Source: Lama glama | Taxonomy: Eukaryota | NCBI GenBank assembly: GCA_028534125.1 | Contig: CM052817.1 | Location: forward strand, 66,218,001-66,282,000 | DNA length: 64,000 nt | Direction: 5' to 3' | Shown: positions 60,721-64,000 of the stretch, one piece after another | Position numbering within the stretch: the stretch's first letter is position 1 | Layout of the letters: the number at the start of each line of letters is the position of its first letter | Made by a program: the position numbers and the translations under genes | The notes under the pieces: model-generated | What the model was told of the DNA's origin: nothing | The model's database searches: none | Seen by the model: the letters and a program-made list of their open reading frames with translations, nothing else

Positions 60721-61744
60721 GTTGTTACTTTATTGAGGCAATGCTCTTCAAACCTTCCATAACCTTTGGCCTGAAAATAACTAAAAATTACAAGATGAGG
60801 GTGGAAAAGGAATGGCAAGAAAAGACATTAATTGGCCAGGAAATATTAGAGAAAAGATATTCACAAGTCAGGATGATAGAGAATGGAAGGATGCAGATGT
60901 CACACACTTAATTATGATAACATGATACCAAATTCAAAAACTACAAAAAAATGCATAGTAAAAATGTATCATATCTCTGTCTAGCCACCTAGATTTTTCC
61001 CCAGAAGCAAACTGTGATTAGTTTCTTATATACTTAAACATACTTCCACATTTATGTCTTTTTTTAAAACTGTGTTAACAAATGGTAAAATGCTGTATGC
61101 TCTGTACTGCACTTTATTTCTTTCACTCAGAATATATAACTTGGGGATTATGCAATATTAATAACTAAAAATCTCCCTGTAATATTCTAAACAGTATGAA
61201 AGTTTTCAAGTGTCACTGTAATGGGCAGAGGTAAAGATCTGGTGTCAGCAAGAGGGCATCATAAACACTTGTTTGGAACAGAAGTTAAAGGCCAGGTAAT
61301 AAGCAATAAGTAATAAGCAATCAAAATGTAGAAATAAAGCATAGTGGCTACTGTTCTGCACTAGTAAGAATTAAGAGTTGCATTTTGCTGATATTAAATT
61401 AGCATGGTTAAAGATAGCATGTATTTTCTCACTGTTGGCATGTAGAAGACAGCGAAGCATGGTGTGAGCAGGGGCACCACAAGGGAACTCCCAGAAAGAA
61501 GGTACGTTCCATTCTCTCCTTAGAGGAGACTGTAACCATAAGTAGCAGTACTACAGCTTTAATGGGAGAACCAACATCTTTGGACCCTAGAGAACTGTGG
61601 TCTAATTATTTGAGGATTTCTTAGAGGGGATAAGTACTAACATCTGGACTAGGTTTTACCTGAGGCTGGCAACTCCGTTCTTTCTTTTATTCAGACCAAA
61701 ATACTTGGAATCATCTTTGACTTAGAGTTTGCTTTCTTTAAAAT

Positions 61745-62105
61745 TAAAACAAAATTCTAAATTGGGTAAAGTACGTATATTCTGAAAGCTACTATCTTAA
61801 CCATTTTAAATGTGCAGTTCAGTAGTAGTGAGCACGTTCACACTGTTGTGCAACTGAGCTCCAGAACTCATTTCGTCTTGCAAAACCAAAACTTTATATC
61901 CCTTGAGTAACAACTCTCTATTTCCCTCCCCCAGCCATGGCAAGCACCCTTCTACTTTTTGTTTCTGTGAACTTGACTGCTGTAGGTACCTCAGATCCTT
62001 GGAGTTACATAGTACAGTCTTCTTGTGACTGGCTTATTTTACTTAGGTTTGTAAGATGCATCCATGTTATAGCATATGCCAAATTTTCCTTCCGTTACAA
62101 GGCTG
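61745..62105 (-). mobile_element. L1MB-like 3' end nested in L2
   Basis: CCATTTTAAATGTGCAGTTCAGT...CTTGCAAAACCAAAAC...GTGACTGGCTTATTTTACTTAG. Confidence 0.8.
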
Positions 62106-62700
62106 TTTGTGTGCTTTCTTTTGGACTTACTTTTCTCTCTCACAATCTACGTCCACTTTTTCTGAACTCCTTTGCATCTACCTTCACAGTTAATGCGGAA
62201 CCTGGCCTCTTCTCTTTGCTGCTGCTGCCGCCACTGTGGTCCCAGCTGCCAGCGCTCCTTTCCTGGGATTTCTGCAGCTTACTGCCTATCTTCTCTTTTC
62301 AGCCCAGCATCTATAGCAGTCTTTTGAAAATCAAGTCATCCCTCTGCTCAAAGTCCTGCGGTGTCTCCTCATTTTGCTTAGAGAGGAAACCAAGATCCAT
62401 GCCTCATCCTGCCAGGCCTGGGAAGCCTGATAGTTCACCGTCACCAGCTTTGCCTCCTACCGCCCTCCCTGCCCACCCACCCCTCCACCCACATCTTACT
62501 TGTTCTTCTGTGGACTGGCAGGCAAGATCTAACAGCAGTGCCCTTGCACTAGCATCTCTCTTGCCAGAGATCTCAGTATGCTAACTCTATTATTTTCTTT
62601 AAGCATTTTGTCAAATGTTAAGCTTAAAAAAACCCAATCTGATCACCTTATTGAAAGCACAGCCCACCCTGCCACACACACTCCCTTAACCTCTTCACCC

Positions 62701-62775
62701 TTCCTTTCTTCCCTATTCCTTTCTTCCCCCTTCCTTTCTTCCCTATTCCTTTCTTCCCCCTTCCTTTCTTCCCCC
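62701..62775. repeat. Pyrimidine minisatellite: five 15-bp units alternating TTCCTTTCTTCCCTA and TTCCTTTCTTCCCCC
   Basis: Directly visible. Confidence 0.9.
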
Positions 62776-63149
62776 TGACAATTAATGACTTCTGAGTTGT
62801 TTCATAACATATTTATTGTTTTAATAGTTTATTGTTTGGCCTCCTCTGCTAGATACGTACCTTTACCTGCTTTGTTCATGGATGTATCCCAAACATTGAG
62901 AGCCATGCCTGGAACAGAGTGGACGTTTACCACACGACTGAATGTATTCACTGGGAGGATCACCACTTCCACTGAAAGCAGGTTGGGGTGGTGCTTTAAT
63001 AGTTCATATAGGACCGTAACAATATGTGAGTAAAGAGGGAAGCCACCAGAGGGTCCGTATTTCTAGTCTGTCCCCATCTTCCCTGACATTTTCACACCAA
63101 CAGAGTTTGTTTTTCAGGGCCCACCAGGAAGGAGTGTGGAGGCTGGAGT

Positions 63150-63292
63150 CTTAACACTCTCCAAATTCTAGTTAGTCTTTTTACACTTCAAAGTCCTCAT
63201 CTATGAAATGGGGATATTATCAAATGGATATTCCTCAAAGGTTATGAAAATGAAACAGGATAATGCATGTAAAATGCTGAGCACTTGATAAA
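63150..63292 (+). mobile_element. MIR fragment
   Basis: CCTCATCTATGAAATGGGGATA...GATAATGCATGTAAAATGCTGAGCAC. Confidence 0.65.
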
Positions 63293-63398
63293 TTACTTTT
63301 TGGTAAATACAATTATAAAGCACTTGAAGACAGTGGATTTAGGATGTTATACATTACTCTGTACTCTCATTTATGATTTTAATTTGCTTAATAAAATT

Positions 63399-63543
63399 TT
63401 TTTTATTCATGTATAATCAGTTATAATGTGTCAATTTCTGGTGTACAGAGTAATGTTTTAGTCATACATGTACATACATATATATATTTTCATATTCTTT
63501 TTCATTATAGGTTACTACAAGATATTGAATATAGTTCTCTGTG
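63399..63543 (-). mobile_element. Camelid-type L1 3' end with TSD
   Basis: Body homologous to 2539-2755; flanked by AATAAAATT at 63390 and 63544. Confidence 0.85.
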
Positions 63544-63944
63544 AATAAAATTCTTTTTATGTAGGTAGTATAAAGTTAAAATTTGAACTCAGTACTGAAT
63601 TATCAAGAATTCTGAGATATTAGGATATGAATTATTTGACCATATTGTGAATTCTCAGAAGTTAAGTCTATATTCAAGTGAAAGTATAAAACATGATATA
63701 TAATCAAATACAGAAGACTTTCGATCATCTATGTAGCTTTTCCATAGTACTGATTATCATGATACGACTCATTATACCTCTAACTCAATGATATTTTCTC
63801 CAGAAAATTACTACAAATAGATTATGAGCTTTTCATAGGTTCACCTTTCAAATAATACTTTATTACTTGACATTTATTTTCTATTTTTAACAAAGCTTTT
63901 CTCTTTGCTAGGTTATCTGAACTATACTAGTTAAATTTTTGTGT

Positions 63945-64000
63945 ATATTTATTTTATTGAAGTATATTCAGTTTATAACTTTGTGTCAGTTTCTGGTGTA
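63945..64000 (-). mobile_element. Camelid-type L1 3' end, cut by window edge
   Basis: TTTTATTGAAGTATATTCAGTTTATAAC..TGTGTCAGTTTCTGGTGTA. Confidence 0.75.

Larger units (their letters stand above)
61690..62950 (+). mobile_element. L2a-like element interrupted by L1MB and a minisatellite
   Basis: TCAGACCAAAATACTTGGAATCATCTTTGACT ... CCCTCTGCTCAAA ... TGTATCCCAAACA..AGAGCCATGCCTGGAACAGAGT; accounts for ORF 61937-62584. Confidence 0.7.

Noticed and set aside
61937..62584. Longest ORF in the track (215 aa)
   Set aside because: Spans an antisense L1MB 3' UTR and an L2; S/L/P-rich with no recognisable domain
1..64000. CRISPR array, operon, defence system, NUMT or CpG-island promoter
   Set aside because: No regularly spaced repeat-spacer pattern, no dense ORFs, no recognisable mitochondrial sequence and no CpG island seen by eye

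Overview
AT-rich, repeat-dense mammalian genomic DNA, not prokaryotic. Three tRNA-derived SINEs resemble the camelid vic-1 family and many artiodactyl-type L1 3' ends are present, so the source is most likely a camelid (Camelus, Lama or Vicugna). I cannot support any intact protein-coding gene, rRNA, genuine tRNA gene or CRISPR array. Most ORF-track entries are chance ORFs or transposon remnants; the clearly recognisable protein sequence is L1 ORF2 C-terminus plus a decayed ERVL integrase fragment. The window looks intronic or intergenic, filled with L1, L2, MIR, MaLR/ERVL LTRs and Tigger/hAT MITEs. The most interesting observations concern how sequence was moved. (1) A vic-1 SINE appears to carry a ~160-bp 3' transduction inside its target-site duplication (TSD). 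(2) A TSD-flanked 1.2-kb L1 has its 5' terminus fused directly to the end of ORF2 (spliced or internally deleted). (3) A 46-bp segment of an enhancer-like block is copied into an MLT2 LTR 6.9 kb away. (4) An ~85-bp L1 tail appears locally duplicated. Repeat family names were assigned by eye from remembered consensus sequences, and many boundaries are approximate. I found no convincing new multi-gene system.
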